The notes: generated by a model not told the origin, from the sequence alone. 64,000 nucleotides of DNA from Lophium mytilinum (GCA_010093605.1 MU004197.1:806001-870000), one strand, 5' to 3'; counted from the stretch's first letter, positions 22,570 through 35,566 are shown. Numbers and translations: made by a program.

Positions 22570-23503
22570 ATGTCCTGGACCGGCTTCAAGAAGGGCGTCA
22601 ACCGCGCCACGACGCAGGTGTTGATGAAAGCCGGACAGGTGGAGAGGACAAACGACCGCGACTTCGAGACCGAGCACAGGCGCTTTCGCACCATGGAGAC
22701 CGCCGCAAACAAACTGCAAAAAGAGGCCAAGGGCTATCTAGACTCTCTTCGAGGTGGGACGTCCGCCGCTCTCCGCCAGGCCAACCCCACTGACTGGTCG
22801 CAGCCATGACCGCCTCACAGATGCGCATTGCGGAAACAATAGATGCCTTCTACGGCGAGGCCGGCGCAAAAGATGGAGTCAGCAGGAGCTACAAGCAGGC
22901 AGTCACGGATCTCGACGCTGAGACTATAAAAGCGCTGGACGGACCGTACCGGTATGCGACGGTGTTGGGCCACCGGATTACATGAGCTGATGAAGAGCAG
23001 AACTACTGTTTTGGACCCAATTTCGCGGTTCTGCGCCTACTTCCCCGACATCAATGCCTGTATGTTCTACACTTTTATGACAGTACCATCCGCCTCTAAC
23101 CCCGCTAGGCATAACAAAAAGAGAGCACAAGCAGATGGACTACGACCGCATGCGTGCTCAGGTCAAGAAGCTAACCGACAAGCCCGACAAGGACGTGACT
23201 AAGCTACCACGCGCCGAAAAGGACGAACAGCTTGCAAAGGCCGCGTACGATCAGCTAAATGAGACGCTCACCACGGAACTGCCTCAGCTCATCGATCTTC
23301 GTGTTCCGTATCTCGACCCCAGCTTCGAAGCGCTAGTCAAGATTCAGCTCCGCTTCTGCGCAGAAGCATATTCACGAATGGCCCAGGTGCAACAGTACCT
23401 GGACGCGGATACTAGGGACCAGTACGCCCAGGGGCAGCTCGACGCCAGGGTAGAAGAGGTGCTAGAAGAAATCAGAGGGTTGAGTATTGCCGGCACTGTC
23501 TGA
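22570..23503 (+). CDS. RVS161: BAR-domain amphiphysin Rvs161/Hob3 (4 exons)
   Basis: MSWTGFKKGVNRATTQV..., LQKEAKGYLDSLRAMTASQMRIAETIDAFY, LPQLIDLRVPYLDPSFEALVKIQLRFC. Confidence 0.95.
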
Positions 23504-24003
23504 TAGGCTCTTCTTTGGTGGGACTCTAATCAGCACCCTTCTTTCTTGTATGCGTATAGCATTGCATTGGTTTTAGTTTTGTCACGTGGGACGGGGCGTA
23601 CAGGAGTAAGCGGAGGGACTAGGACTGCCCAAGCACGGCATAGAGGCACCTCTTGTGTCAATTCGACGGTTGTTATGTTCATGAGAAGACGTTGCTTGTG
23701 CACGGGAGGGGGGTTATATAAACTCATCTAAAGGGGCACTCCAACTGCGGCTGTGCTTGCTACCCCCGTGATAGCCTGAAATGTGTGTGCATATTCGAGT
23801 AAATGCAGGAGTGACAAGAAGGAAGACCAGGGAAATGAAAAGCCCAATGCTGCTATGAAACGCCAGAGAAATGCAGGATTCGTGCCCAGCGCCGATGTGA
23901 GAGCCCGAAAAGACTACTGGCCCCAACGCCGCGCTTGATGAGAACCAAAAGAAAGGGGGATCTGGGAGTGCCTGCCAGCCAAGCCTCCGCACCGCAGTCT
24001 CTC

Positions 24004-24860
24004 CTAGCTTTCTTCTTCCTGCTCGTCCCCGCTCGCCTCCGAGTCCGAGTCCATGTCTTCGTCGTCATCGTCAACATCTGAGTCGCTGCCCCCGAAGCTC
24101 TCGGCGTCGCTGTCTTCCCAGGTCATGTAGTCATCCTCTTCCTTGTGCGTCTTGAACGCTGCCTCATGGGTCGGCATCACGAACCCGGCGGGAATGTCTT
24201 GCTTGCTGGCTTCGAGGTCTTTCTTGACCATTTCCTTGTAGTTCGCAGGGTCGTTGCGGAGCATCACACCAGCGTCGACGTTGGCGGGCGACGAGACCTC
24301 GGCGTCATCGAGGAGCGATAGGACGGAGATCAGAACAGACTCGACACGCTGAACCGGGGTCCAGCGTTCTGCTGCGAGTTCGCCCGACATTTCGTCATCG
24401 CCAGAAGCGTGCAAGATGGAGATGCACAGACGGCCGTCGGGATAGATGTTCGGGTGGTAGAGAGGGCGGATAAACCTGAAGTCTGGAGTATCGTTAGTTC
24501 TGGTCTTTCATCTCCTCGGGAGTTGCGCGGGACCGCCTGCGATGCCTTCTCCGCCAGTCAAAGAGGTCGGGAGGGGCGTCGGAGTACCAGGCAACGTACC
24601 TGGTGGAGTGTACGGGTAGTTCTTCGAGAAAGTCATCTTCGCCTTGAAGTAGCCGCCGTAGTAGAGAGAGTCGGGGTTGAGGACAATGAGCGCAACGCTC
24701 CATTCCAGCACGTTGTCGTCGATGAGCTAGGCAAGGCGTTAGCTTGGACTCCCGTAACATGTAGCCTTGGATAGATCTCCGAGAGACTCACTTCGACATT
24801 AGTCCAGAGCTCCTTGGAGAGAGCCTTGTACTCGTTCATAAGAAGCCGCTCGGCAGACAT
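24004..24860 (-). CDS. CDC34: Ubiquitin-conjugating enzyme E2, Cdc34/Ubc3-type (3 exons)
   Basis: YYGGYFKAKMTF, YHPNIYPDGRLCISILH, acidic insertion loop, ERWTPVQRVESVLISVLSLL, SPANVDA and an acidic C-terminal tail. Confidence 0.9.
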
Positions 24861-25666
24861 GGTGGCGGCGACAGCGATGTGGTAGGTGGGCGGAAGGAAG
24901 GTCAGTGCGGGGTGACGATGGGTGTAGGGCCAGACAGCTGGCAGGCACTGTCGATATATGTAGAAGAGGTTTGAAAGATCTGGAGGTGGTGGTGGTGAGA
25001 GAGAGGAGAGGTGCAGGAGACGCTGCAGGCAAAGAGGAGGCTGGAAGTAGTGCGCTGGTGACTGGAGTTGGATGTGAACTACGAAGTACTCGGCCGCAAT
25101 CGCCCGCTTTCACGGTGCGCTCTCGGCCCTGCCACACTTCACTTCCACGGTTGGACCATTCTTTCTTCCCATCACCTCATCTGACTAGCTGCCCACATCT
25201 CTCACTCGCTAGCCGCTTCTCCTTGCTTATTCAAGCCCGCCAGATCGGAATCATCACCGGCCCGGGCTGACTGACGCCATTCACCATCACGGTACCCACC
25301 ATCACCAACAATATCGGATTCACAAACAATTAGCAGATGAGAAGGCGAATGGTGAAGATTTAAGCTATTGACACCCATGCTTGACGACTTCAAGGTCTGT
25401 TCCAAGGTTCACTTTTGGTTGTCTGCCAATACATACGGCATTATCCTCAGCTATCTCCGTCCTACCTCCTATCGTATTCAGGCGCCTCAACAAAACGTAC
25501 AAAAGCTTTTTAGAGAACATAGTCTATCTCGGCTAGATATAATTCAAACCAAATCTCTAGTGGCAAGCAACGTATGCGTCGACTAATACGCGGCGCTATA
25601 GATCTTCTTGAGCGCAGAAATATTCTTGGAGCATCTGTTTTGTGCATCGCATCTGCAAGATTGACC

Positions 25667-26973
25667 ATGTTTCCTTCCACCATCCATCTCCGCCATCCTA
25701 ATCCTTCTCCGCCTTCGACCAGAGTAGGCAATACCTATATCCTGTTCTTCATTACGGGAAACCCAGGCCTGATAGCATATTACCGCACTTTCCTCTCCCA
25801 CCTCTACGCGCTGCTATCAAGCACCGAGTCCAGCCAAGCTTCCCCTGGAGCAGACCAGTTCCAGGTCTTTGGGCGGGATTTGTTAGGTTTCGAGGTTGAA
25901 CATGCAGATGCCGCCAGCGCCGCTTCTCCGCCGTACGGACTGCAGGCCCAAGTCGAAGCCACCGAGAAAGCTCTCGACACCCTCGTCAGTGACAACACGA
26001 ACGCCAGTGGCAATCGTCCTAAAGTCATTCTCATCGGCCACTCAGTCGGCGCATATATCCTGCTGGAGGTACTGCGCCGGCATAGAGAGAAGCTCCAGAA
26101 AGCAGCTCCTCAGACCGCTATGACGATCATCGGAGGGATTTGTCTCTTCCCAACTGTCACTCACATCATGCAGAGTCGGAGCGGGAAGAGCGCTGGTGTA
26201 TGTAAAACTCCATATCTAAGCTATCTGTCTGTCTTTGGTAAAGTCGCGAGACATGCTGAGCGGTCATTATGCTGGCACCGTGCTCCCCAATCCAAAGTCT
26301 TACCATTTCTTACAGTTTCTCCTTTGCCGCCCACACTTTGCTCGCATTGCTAGTCTCGTCGCACAGCTGCTCCTGTTCTTCGTACCCAGCGCACTGCTAC
26401 GTCTCCTAATCCGCATAGTAACGGGATTTCCAGCTGAAGCAGTGGCAACAACAGCAGCATTCGTTAAGAGTAAATGGGGCGTGAGACAGGCATTGTACGG
26501 CCCCAGACACCTCCATTCAGGCGAGGCCAAACCCAGATCCTAACATCTTCGCAGGCACATGGCTCGTGATGAAATGCTGTCCATCACCACTGACGCATGG
26601 GACGACGAGGTGTGGGGTGCTGCTCACCCATCTCCAACCTCGCATCCTCGCGCCCAACTGCGATTCCTCTTTGGAACGGGCGATCATTGGGTTGCCGAAG
26701 AGACCAGGGATGACCTGATCCGGACGAGGGCTCTGAAACAGGATAGTGAAGCGGACGAGGCGTGGAAGCCTAAAATGGAGGTTAACGAGGAAGGCTGGCC
26801 GCACGCCTTTTGCATTAGTGGGTCCTATCTATCCATTGGCATCATTAGCTGTCGGGGGGAGGGTGTATGAACTAATTGAAACAGGGCATAGCATTCCGGT
26901 AGCAGAGAAAGTAGCGGAGTACGTTCGCGATACTATACGTGGGGACAAACAGGACGTCGATCAGCAGAATTGA
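25667..26973 (+). CDS. Lipid-droplet-associated alpha/beta hydrolase (LDAH/DUF2305-like), multi-exon
   Basis: FITGNPGLIAYY, ILIGHSVGAYI, CLFPTV, FLFGTGDHWV, WPHAFCI. Confidence 0.85.
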
Positions 26974-27336
26974 AGATCACAGCTTGGAGAGCTAAGGCAT
27001 CATGTCCTAAAAGTCAACGAGACGGTACCTTTTCATCAGAAACTTATGCTTGCATTACTAGCATCTTAGACGTCTGACTCTAGTTAGTGGACTACCGCAA
27101 TAATATGCTAATGGCCGTAACTCTGCGGTCTCCTCTGATTGCTACTCACCCCACTCGGCGTCCTCGTGAGAGTATTAGTGTGTGTTACGCCAGGGGAGGC
27201 CTTTTGCGCTGAAGCAACCTTCAGACAAAGTGATCTAATGGGATGCATTTGGCATCTCCTTCCACCTCGAACGTGTTGGTGGTCTGTGATAAGCACAACT
27301 GGTTGGTAGCTGCTTAACCTGATATCAAGAACCAGT

Positions 27337-28197
27337 TCATCCATTTCCATTATAGCCCTGCTTAGACTTTTGAAACAACTGAGCAAGGAGGTCCACCGAC
27401 TGCCCTGACTTTGGCTGAGTGAGAGGGTCGGCACCGTAATTTGCACTGGACCTGAAGAAGTCGGTGTCCGGCGTGGACCCGAATGGTCCAGACTTAGTCA
27501 CCGGACTGTGATGATTCTGGATACTCCAACCCGAGTCCTGTGCTCTCTGCTGACCAAAAAGCTCTCTCAAGGACAACTGCCGACCCATAGGCACGCTTTC
27601 TTCCTCCTCGTCCTCGGTCTCTTCTTCCTCGTGCGAGGAGGCTCCGCCTCGCATCTCTATCCGCTTCCTACTCTCCTCCGCGCCAGTCGCGCATTCCTGT
27701 ATAAGCTGCGCCGTCATAGTCCTCATATTCGCGGTAGAAGAGGGCTCTGGCTCCGAGAATATCCACAGTCCGTATATCTTAGGCGCGCCGTCGCCAGTAA
27801 CCTGAAGGATGATGTAGTCTTCCGTATTCTCAACATCGTCGCCGCTCAGCAGCTCCGTGTAGAAATTGTCGAGGCCGCGGCGATTGAGGATTGTAACGCA
27901 GTATCGCTGGGCGCCAGTAGGGCTCGGGGTGAGCTCGCAGATGAAGAGGGTGCCTTCAATGCCACACTTTTCCCACTGCTGGGTGGTGCCCGAGAAGAGG
28001 TAGACGACGGCGTAGGGCGCGATGGAGAGGATCTCGGCGACGGAGGGGTTGTGGCGGCGTATTACGGAGAGGTTGAGCTGGTCGTTGGAGCGCGGTGGTG
28101 GGGTGGGGAGGTCGAGGAGGGCGGGCGCGTCTGTTTCGTAGTCCGAGGCTTGGACTGGCGGTGGATTTGGAGCCGCGTTGGGCTTTCGCGAGGCCAT
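27337..28197 (-). CDS. DCP1: mRNA decapping complex subunit Dcp1 (EVH1 domain)
   Basis: LNLSVIRRHNP, APYAVVYLF, WEKCGIEGTLFI, ILNRRGLDNF, IYGLWIF. Confidence 0.92.
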   Translation of the reverse strand: MASRKPNAAPNPPPVQASDYETDAPALLDLPTPPPRSNDQLNLSVIRRHNPSVAEILSIAPYAVVYLFSGTTQQWEKCGIEGTLFICELTPSPTGAQRYCVTILNRRGLDNFYTELLSGDDVENTEDYIILQVTGDGAPKIYGLWIFSEPEPSSTANMRTMTAQLIQECATGAEESRKRIEMRGGASSHEEEETEDEEEESVPMGRQLSLRELFGQQRAQDSGWSIQNHHSPVTKSGPFGSTPDTDFFRSSANYGADPLTQPKSGQSVDLLAQLFQKSKQGYNGNG

Positions 28198-28586
28198 GGT
28201 CAGAGTGCAGAGCGGCTGAAGGTGTGGTGTTGGAAATTGAAGAGGGCCACTTCAGCCCTACGAGAGACACGCTGTGGCCCCAGCTTCATGTGGGTTGTGC
28301 TTCCCTAACATCGACCTTCGACTTCCAGCTGTTTACTCGGCTGCTGCAACAGTGAATCTGGAATACACAGCGCTGACTGATATGGTGATAGTAGGTAATG
28401 AAAGCTAGATCAGATGATAAATGCGTATATCGGTATGTTTAAACTTTGGGAAAAAAAGACAGCGATTGATCGGGTAAAGCTGCTGCGTAAGTACTGCTCT
28501 GTGTAACGTTTCTCACACTACGAATCAGCCAAAAGTGAGAGAGTTCAACCACGGTTGAGGAGACAAAAAGTCAGCAAAAGGAAAGT

Positions 28587-28672
28587 TCTCCGCTCGCGGA
28601 ATCGAACCGCGGACCTTCAGGTATGATGTTCAATTACAGCCCGACGTGATAAACCAACTACACCAAGCGGAG
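28587..28672 (-). tRNA. tRNA-Tyr(GTA) with canonical 11-nt intron at 37/38 (28623-28633)
   Basis: CTCCGCT acceptor stem (C1-G72, A73), TCGGG-CTGTAA[TTGAACATCAT]A-CCTGA anticodon arm, CGCGG-TTCGATT-CCGCG T arm. TATATATA lies 30-40 nt upstream. Confidence 0.95.
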
Positions 28673-29265
28673 GTACTTGATGTATGTGGAGCCAAAATAA
28701 AACATATATATATCAGGGTAATGAAAGATGGCCCCGGCATCTTTGAGATGACCCTGACGCCCTGACTATACCCTTGTACGCAGGATGGGTAGCTCTCCAG
28801 ACACCCTAGTCCGTGTCCTTAGCTTAATTTCAAAGCAATGGTCGCTCACGTGCGTGGAAATTGACTATCCTGTTTAACGAGATACGTAGCATTCATTCAA
28901 TTGGTCGGAGCATTGCTCTAGAAAGCAAGTACCATCTACGAAATATGAAACCACGTGCTAACTTCCTTCGCGCGGGCAGCCCTTTTTGAACGTCAACTCT
29001 GTGAAAAGATTGGAACAAATTTCATTCTTGTCAAAGTGACTCCGTTCCACAGTCCTGCAAGGCTTCCGTCAGGGCTGTTCGAGGCCTGCGCAGGCTATCA
29101 AGACTACCAGCCGCTTGCCGACGTCAACATCGTCATCTGCTGCATCAGCGACGCCCCCACCGAATATAAGACACCTACGCTTCCCCCAGGCAATGCTACC
29201 ATGACTGTCGTGGTGTCCTCCAGGGCATGTTCCTGCTGCTAAATTCCGTTAATCCAACCGCCATC

Positions 29266-32200
29266 ATGACCTCCGCCACATCCCACGGCAGTACCTCGTC
29301 CGTGGACGCCCTCGACTCCCGCATCCCCGGCGCTTTTCCCGCCTCCAGCGTGTCCTCCCACCAAAGCCTCTACCAGGCTGTGTTCGCCAGGCGCTCCGAG
29401 TACACCCGCCTCCGGAGGATTCGTGTCAAAGTTGGATCCTGGAATGTCGCCGCTCTCAAGGGCACCGAGAAGGATGTGGCTGGCTGGTTCGTCGAAGGAA
29501 AAGGCGTGGAAGAGGCCATGGCAGGCCTCGACATTCAGGGCCAGCAATCTGCTGGGGTCGACCAGCGAGAGAGCGTTGCAGAGCAGGAGGCGCGAAGCAC
29601 GCACAAGGCCACAACCATACCTGACAACGATGCCGGTAGTCTCCCTGGTGGTGAAGAAGTAGGCATATACGCCCTGGGCCTGCAGGAGGTCGTTGATGTA
29701 GGATCCGCAACCGAAGCCTTCAAGCCGTATACAGATCCCGCGGTTGCACAAAAGTTCAAAAATGCCATGTTGGCAGCCTTGCCTCCTGGATACCAACTGG
29801 TAGCGGAGCAGCAACTGATCGGCCTCCTGCTGCTCGTCTTTGTGTCCCCGAGCATTCTCCCCGAAGTCAAGTTTGTCAGTACAACAAGCGTGGGAACGGG
29901 GCTTATGGGCTACATGGGGAATAAAGGTGCCGTCACTGCTCGATTGATGGTTGGCGAAACTACTCGGCTGGTCTTTATCGATTCACATCTTTCCGCGGGA
30001 GCAGACAAAGCAGCCCTGGAGCGTCGCAACTGGGACGTAAGTCAAATCATCAGTCGGACCAAATTCGACCCTATCGTGGATCATATGGGCCTCAACCAGT
30101 CCACCGGAGATGGAATAGGCGAAGAAGACTTTGCCTTCTGGTTTGGAGACCTTAATTACAGGCTTGAGGGAATACCCGGTGACGACGTTCGTCGCCTTTT
30201 GACAGTGCACACCCGAGATCTCGACGCCGTGCAATCAGAACCGTCTCTAACGTCCAACGCGGAACAGGCACCAGGAGTGACTCAAATATCTACTAGCAGC
30301 ATTAAAGATGGTGAGATTCCAGCAAATGTACCGGCTCATATGGATCCTGCGTCTCTACACACGACGATAGCGTCACTACTGCCGCATGACGAGCTTCACC
30401 AGCAGCAGAGGCTGAGAAAAACTTTCGAAGACGGATGGCGCGAAGGTCCCATTGAGTTTCTACCGACCTACAAATACGATGTCGGTAGAGTTGGAGTTTT
30501 TGATTCCAGCGAAAAGAATCGTTGTCCAAGCTGGTGCGACCGTATCCTCTACCGTTCCCGAACAGCCAGACTCGCTTATGAGAAGAAGTTGCAAGAGGAG
30601 GGGGTCGCGCGAAAAAAGGATGAAGAAATGAAGGCCAGGGGTTTGGAAGAAGCTGGTGCAGACGAAGATGTTCTTTTCGATTACAACCCGGACACAGATG
30701 GTGACGACTACGACGAGTTCGCCGAATCGGAACCAGAAGTCGTAGATCCGCAAGAGAGGTTTGAAGATGACATAAGTCTCGAATACTATACAGCTCATCA
30801 GAGAGTACTGTCGTCGGACCACAAACCTCTTAGCGCCGTTTTTGCCCTCAAATACGACGCCGTGGTCCCAGAGCTAAGAGCCCGTGTTCACCAAGAAGTT
30901 GCCAGGGACCTCGACCGCGCTGAGAATGAAGGTAGGCCAACTGTTACGGTCGTGGTGGATCACCACTCAGGTCACGAGACAACGGAAGCATTCGATACAG
31001 ATGCCTTGGACCATGAGGGAATCCATTTTGGAGACGTCCGATACGCCACGTCAAAGCGTCGCAGCATCACAATCGCAAATACTGGCAGGGTACCAGCTAT
31101 TGTTTCCTTTGTTGATCGTCCAGCTGAGCCAGGCCAACCTATGGGACCACTGCCACCCTGGCTGTTCGTTCGATTTGACAGAGATCCCGACAAGAACCCT
31201 GGGACTCCAAGTGAGCACAATCAGTACACGATTGAACCTGCGGAAGTCTGCAACGTTGAACTAAAACTCAAAGTCGAGAACATAGAACTCGTTCGTGAGC
31301 TCAATGATGGTGTAGCAACGCTCGACGACGTCCTTGTATTACGAGTCGAAAACGGGCGCGACCACTTCCTTCCCGTTCGAGGCCGCTGGCTCTCATCCTC
31401 TTTCGGCCGCTCAATCGACAAGCTTATCCGAATCCCCGAGGGGGGCATCCGAAAACTGCAACGCCAGAAACCGTCCGCGACTGATCAAGCGGTAAAGTGG
31501 TCGGCGCCGCGGGAGTTATTCCGACTGACGGAAAGCATAGAAGACCTAGTCGAGAGAACGCTCGCTGAGTGGGACATGACCAGCTCCGAAGGCGACAAAG
31601 CTCCCTGGCAAAACAACGCTGGCTGGCCGTTTGCCGAAGAATCTTGGGGGGCTACCACAAGTGCCTCGCGAGTATCTCTGCGGGCAAACGTCTACGAGGC
31701 CCTCGACTGCGATCAACCCTTCGACACGGCGTTCACAGCAGATGTTCTGCCAATGGAGAGACTTGAAGTACTCGCGCAAACGCTGCTTGTGTTTTTATGG
31801 GGCCTGCAGGATGGTGTCGTTACAGAGGAGTTGTGGGTTCAATTGGAGAGCGGCATTGCGGCTCGTGAGAAGGCAAAGCAACAACTCGCCTTGGATGACG
31901 AGCGAATGTCGTGTCTTGAGATCTTGTCGTCAGCTCCGACTCATAACGTCTCGTTTGTCCTCTTGACTTCTATGCTGTCGCGTGTCGCCAGTGAGATCGT
32001 CAATTCAACCTCAACCGCTGCCAGACCAATGTCGGCGCCGAGGTCGAGCGTAGAGCTCCCTGCTTCCCCAAGAGTTACTGTGAGACGGAAGACCCTGAGC
32101 CAGATTCCAGACGTGGCAAGACGGCAGTTGATCAACAGGAACTACGCTGTGATCTTTTCGGGAGTCATGATGAGGACCCCTCAGTTCAGCAAGGGCAAGG

Positions 32201-32280
32201 AGAAGGAGAAGAGGACGCGAGAAGAGCGTATGACTAGTCTCATTGAGATATTCTTGAGGGAAAGCGAAGAAGGACGATAA
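29266..32280 (+). CDS. Inositol polyphosphate 5-phosphatase, OCRL/INPP5B-like (5-phosphatase + ASH + RhoGAP-like region)
   Basis: VGSWNVA, GLQEVV, GYMGNKGAV, FWFGDLNYR, FLPTYKYD, PSWCDRILY, SSDHKPL, DDVLVLRVENGRDHF. Confidence 0.92.
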   Translation: MTSATSHGSTSSVDALDSRIPGAFPASSVSSHQSLYQAVFARRSEYTRLRRIRVKVGSWNVAALKGTEKDVAGWFVEGKGVEEAMAGLDIQGQQSAGVDQRESVAEQEARSTHKATTIPDNDAGSLPGGEEVGIYALGLQEVVDVGSATEAFKPYTDPAVAQKFKNAMLAALPPGYQLVAEQQLIGLLLLVFVSPSILPEVKFVSTTSVGTGLMGYMGNKGAVTARLMVGETTRLVFIDSHLSAGADKAALERRNWDVSQIISRTKFDPIVDHMGLNQSTGDGIGEEDFAFWFGDLNYRLEGIPGDDVRRLLTVHTRDLDAVQSEPSLTSNAEQAPGVTQISTSSIKDGEIPANVPAHMDPASLHTTIASLLPHDELHQQQRLRKTFEDGWREGPIEFLPTYKYDVGRVGVFDSSEKNRCPSWCDRILYRSRTARLAYEKKLQEEGVARKKDEEMKARGLEEAGADEDVLFDYNPDTDGDDYDEFAESEPEVVDPQERFEDDISLEYYTAHQRVLSSDHKPLSAVFALKYDAVVPELRARVHQEVARDLDRAENEGRPTVTVVVDHHSGHETTEAFDTDALDHEGIHFGDVRYATSKRRSITIANTGRVPAIVSFVDRPAEPGQPMGPLPPWLFVRFDRDPDKNPGTPSEHNQYTIEPAEVCNVELKLKVENIELVRELNDGVATLDDVLVLRVENGRDHFLPVRGRWLSSSFGRSIDKLIRIPEGGIRKLQRQKPSATDQAVKWSAPRELFRLTESIEDLVERTLAEWDMTSSEGDKAPWQNNAGWPFAEESWGATTSASRVSLRANVYEALDCDQPFDTAFTADVLPMERLEVLAQTLLVFLWGLQDGVVTEELWVQLESGIAAREKAKQQLALDDERMSCLEILSSAPTHNVSFVLLTSMLSRVASEIVNSTSTAARPMSAPRSSVELPASPRVTVRRKTLSQIPDVARRQLINRNYAVIFSGVMMRTPQFSKGKEKEKRTREERMTSLIEIFLRESEEGR

Positions 32281-32535
32281 AGTATTGTGCGGCTTTTAGC
32301 ATAGAGATCGAGGTCACTTATAGAGATACCCATTAATGATTCCACCTACTGCGAGGCTTTCCAGAGCTCGTTTTCCCCACGTGGATCGCACGTGTTCGCC
32401 CATAGCGGGGTGAAAGACCTCGAGACAGGGGTTGAGTGGGGTAGCACATCCCTTCAGCCCTACGCGACGCCAACACCATAAATTTTCCCGCGCTTTCGCT
32501 ACTCAGGCACAACACATCCACACATCCACGCCCTC

Positions 32536-33940
32536 ATGTCCTCAGACAAGCTCCTCGTGCTCCTCGTCGGCAACGGCGGCCGCGAGCACGCCATTGCCTG
32601 GAAACTCTCCCAATCCCCCCTCGTCGCGCACATCTACGCCGTCCCCGGGAACGGCGGCACCGCCGCGCTCCCCAACGTCACAAACGTCGCCGGAATCGGC
32701 CAAGAAGACTTCGCCGCGTTAACGCAATTCGCCGCTGAGCACAGCATTGGCTTGCTGGTGCCGGGCCCTGAGGCGCCGCTTGTGGCGGGCATTGCGGATT
32801 ACTTCAAGCAGCACGCGCCGGGGGTGAAGTGCTTTGGGCCGTCGCTGGGGGCGGCGCGGATGGAGGGATCGAAGACGTTCTCGAAGGATTTTATGCAGCG
32901 GCATCGCATCCCCACGGCGGCGTATCAGAATTTTGGGGATTATGAGGAGGCGAGGAGGTATTTGGATGGGGTGGGGCATGATGTGGTGATTAAAGCGAGT
33001 GGGCTGGCGGCGGGGAAGGGGGTTGTCATTCCGGCTACGAAGGAGGAGGCGCAGAAAGCGCTCACGGAGATTATGCAGGATAAGGAGTTTGGGGCGGCGG
33101 GGGATGAGGTTGTGATTGAGGAGTTCTTGGAGGGGGATGAGTTGAGTATTTTGAGTTTTAGTGATGGGAGGACGGTTAGGAGTTTGCCGCCGGCGCAGGA
33201 TCATAAGAGGATTGGAGATGGGGATATGGGGCCGAATACGGGTGGGATGGGGACGTATGCGCCGACGAGGATTGCGCCGCAGAGTGTGATTGATGAGGTT
33301 CATAAGACGATCTTGCAGCCTACTATTGATGGGATGAGACAAGAAGGTGAGTGGCATTGCGTCGTGGCGCTAGGAGGTCTGGCTGATCATCCCTCAAGGC
33401 ATTCCTTTCGTCGGCGTACTATTCACTGGCTTGATGATGACGAAGTCTGGGCCCAAGACTCTTGAGTACAATGTGCGATTCGGCGACCCTGAGACGCAGA
33501 GCTTGCTGTCCTTGATGAAGACGGACTTGGCCAGCATCATGCTTGCGTGTGTAGATGGTACCTTGAGCACCAAGGAACTTGAGGTGTTGCCCAAATCTGC
33601 CGTTACGGTTGTAGTCGCATCAGGGGGGTATCCGGGATCATATTCCAAAGGAACGCTAATGAAGTTGGATCCAGTGCCTGAAGGTAAGTCTCCCGGTGCT
33701 CGTCAACTCAGAACAGTATTAATGCTGGACCTAGATGTCGTTCTCTTCCACGCGGGGACTACACTTGTCGATGGATCACTAAAGACATCTGGCGGCCGAG
33801 TCATTGCATCCACAGCTATTGCAGAGACATTGGAAGAAGCGATCAGTAAGGCTTACTCCGGAGTCCAGTCGATCCATTTCGAAGGAATGCAATACCGGAA
33901 AGATATTGCGGGGCGTGCTCTCAAGAAGACTGCATCATAA
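32536..33940 (+). CDS. ADE5: Phosphoribosylamine-glycine ligase (GARS), stand-alone; 3 exons
   Basis: VLLVGNGGREHAIAWKL, PGPEAPL, EGSKTFSKDFM, VIKASGLAAGKGV, QDHKR, GPNTGGMG, EYNVRFGDPE, FHAGT, TSGGRV, YRKDIA, then a stop. Confidence 0.93.
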
Positions 33941-35566
33941 GAGAGCCTTTTCTACCATGGGACCGGACCTGACTAATGGCGTTGAGGTCAAAATTCTCTT
34001 TTTGTAGATTTTAATCCAAAAAGGGTCGGGAAGGTTAGTCTTCACAGAGCAAGGATAAGGAATTGCTTTCAACGTGTGTATTTATCATAGTTTTGTGCTT
34101 TTCTTCGACGCATGCTCCCTATCCCATTCATCCTGTGCGCGTCAATATCAGTTGTCCGAGCAGATAGATGCTAACGGAACGTATCAACTTACATCCCAAG
34201 GGATTCGTGCATTGCGATGCTCGGGCTTAACCGGCGCATTGACCTTGTGATGTTCTACAGTGGCATATATCACTTTACCATCGAGGGAGGTCATTTTCCC
34301 TTGAATCATGGCCATTTGTCTCCCTACCTGAACCACTTTGCTTTCGATTCTGACCGTCGTTCCAATCTGCTAGGGTTGGCACGAGTTGCAAACACGCATA
34401 TGGATGTGGGGAGCTCACGGGAACCGCTTTCAGATAACTCAAGTTTAAAGTACGTGTGACGCCGCCCATAAACCTGTTCGAATCAGTGTGAATTGCAGAC
34501 AGGTTTAGGGACGGTAGAGAGATTCACTCCCAATATCCTGGCCGTGCAAGCGGGCATAGGGCAGACGTCGTGGCCATATCTAACGGGCTGTTCAGTCATC
34601 TGGCTCCTTTCTTGAAGTGATCAAGGCACAAACCGAAGATGACTCCAGCCGCTCCCCCATGCATGACATCTAAAACCCAAATTCAGCCTTTCAGCCCTGT
34701 GACGTAGCCACAAGCCTACCATTAAGGTTGGAATAGGGCTCCCCGATCTCTAGCTCGAAGGCGGCAAAACCGGACCCATCAGCATCCACAAGCTTCATGG
34801 TGCTCATTACTTCGTGATCGAAATCCTGCATTAGTTGCTCCGATTAGGGGGGTTCGATAAAAAAGCAGCCAATTGCGTGATTACGAACAACATGATGGGC
34901 TGGCCGAATGTCTGCAATGACACGGTAGCTGGTTGCATTTAGCCTGGCGCGCTGTAAAGGGGAGTGCCGGAGGAGGTGCCATCCGAGAAGCCACATGATG
35001 CTGGTGTAATATACCAACCAACTTATAAAAAGGAACATACCGATCGAAGAGAGCCTGGACCGCAGCCATTGCCTTTCTGCGGCCTTCTCGGGCATCAGCC
35101 GCCATGATGGGAGCTGGGGGGCTGAGGCTCGCAAGACTGCCCTGGATATGGTGGAGAGGTAGGAGAAGGGTAGGGGGTGCCAGCAGGAGCTGACTGGAGA
35201 CGGGCCGTGTATATATAACGGATGCCGTTGAACAATGGCCAGCGCTGCCTCGGCCCTGCATGCGCGGGCAGCTCTGCGATCCAGGGTGTCGCGTGTGGCG
35301 CTGGACGGCGATCTTTACGGGGCAAATCGTCTCGCAACTGGGCACCGTGTTTCGGCATCGGATGCGTGGCCGATTCACCACCCTCTGCCCAGCCGTGAAC
35401 CTAGTGTGCAATGGCCCGAGACGGCCGCTCTAATTCTCTTATAAGACCTTCGTTTGGAGCCCAGAGATCAGTGTGTATACGCGCTTGAGGCCACGCTATT
35501 CTACCTTTACAACAACAACGCGTTCCCGCGGAGCCATTCACCACATACTAATACCCAACCGCCGCA

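Noticed and set aside
27508..28308. 266-aa plus-strand ORF
   Set aside because: Antisense shadow of DCP1, caused by codon bias.
34844..35411. Small minus-strand gene or ncRNA between GARS and the MFS gene
   Set aside because: There is a TATA-like element and a possible donor site, but I could not build a convincing spliced ORF or RNA structure.
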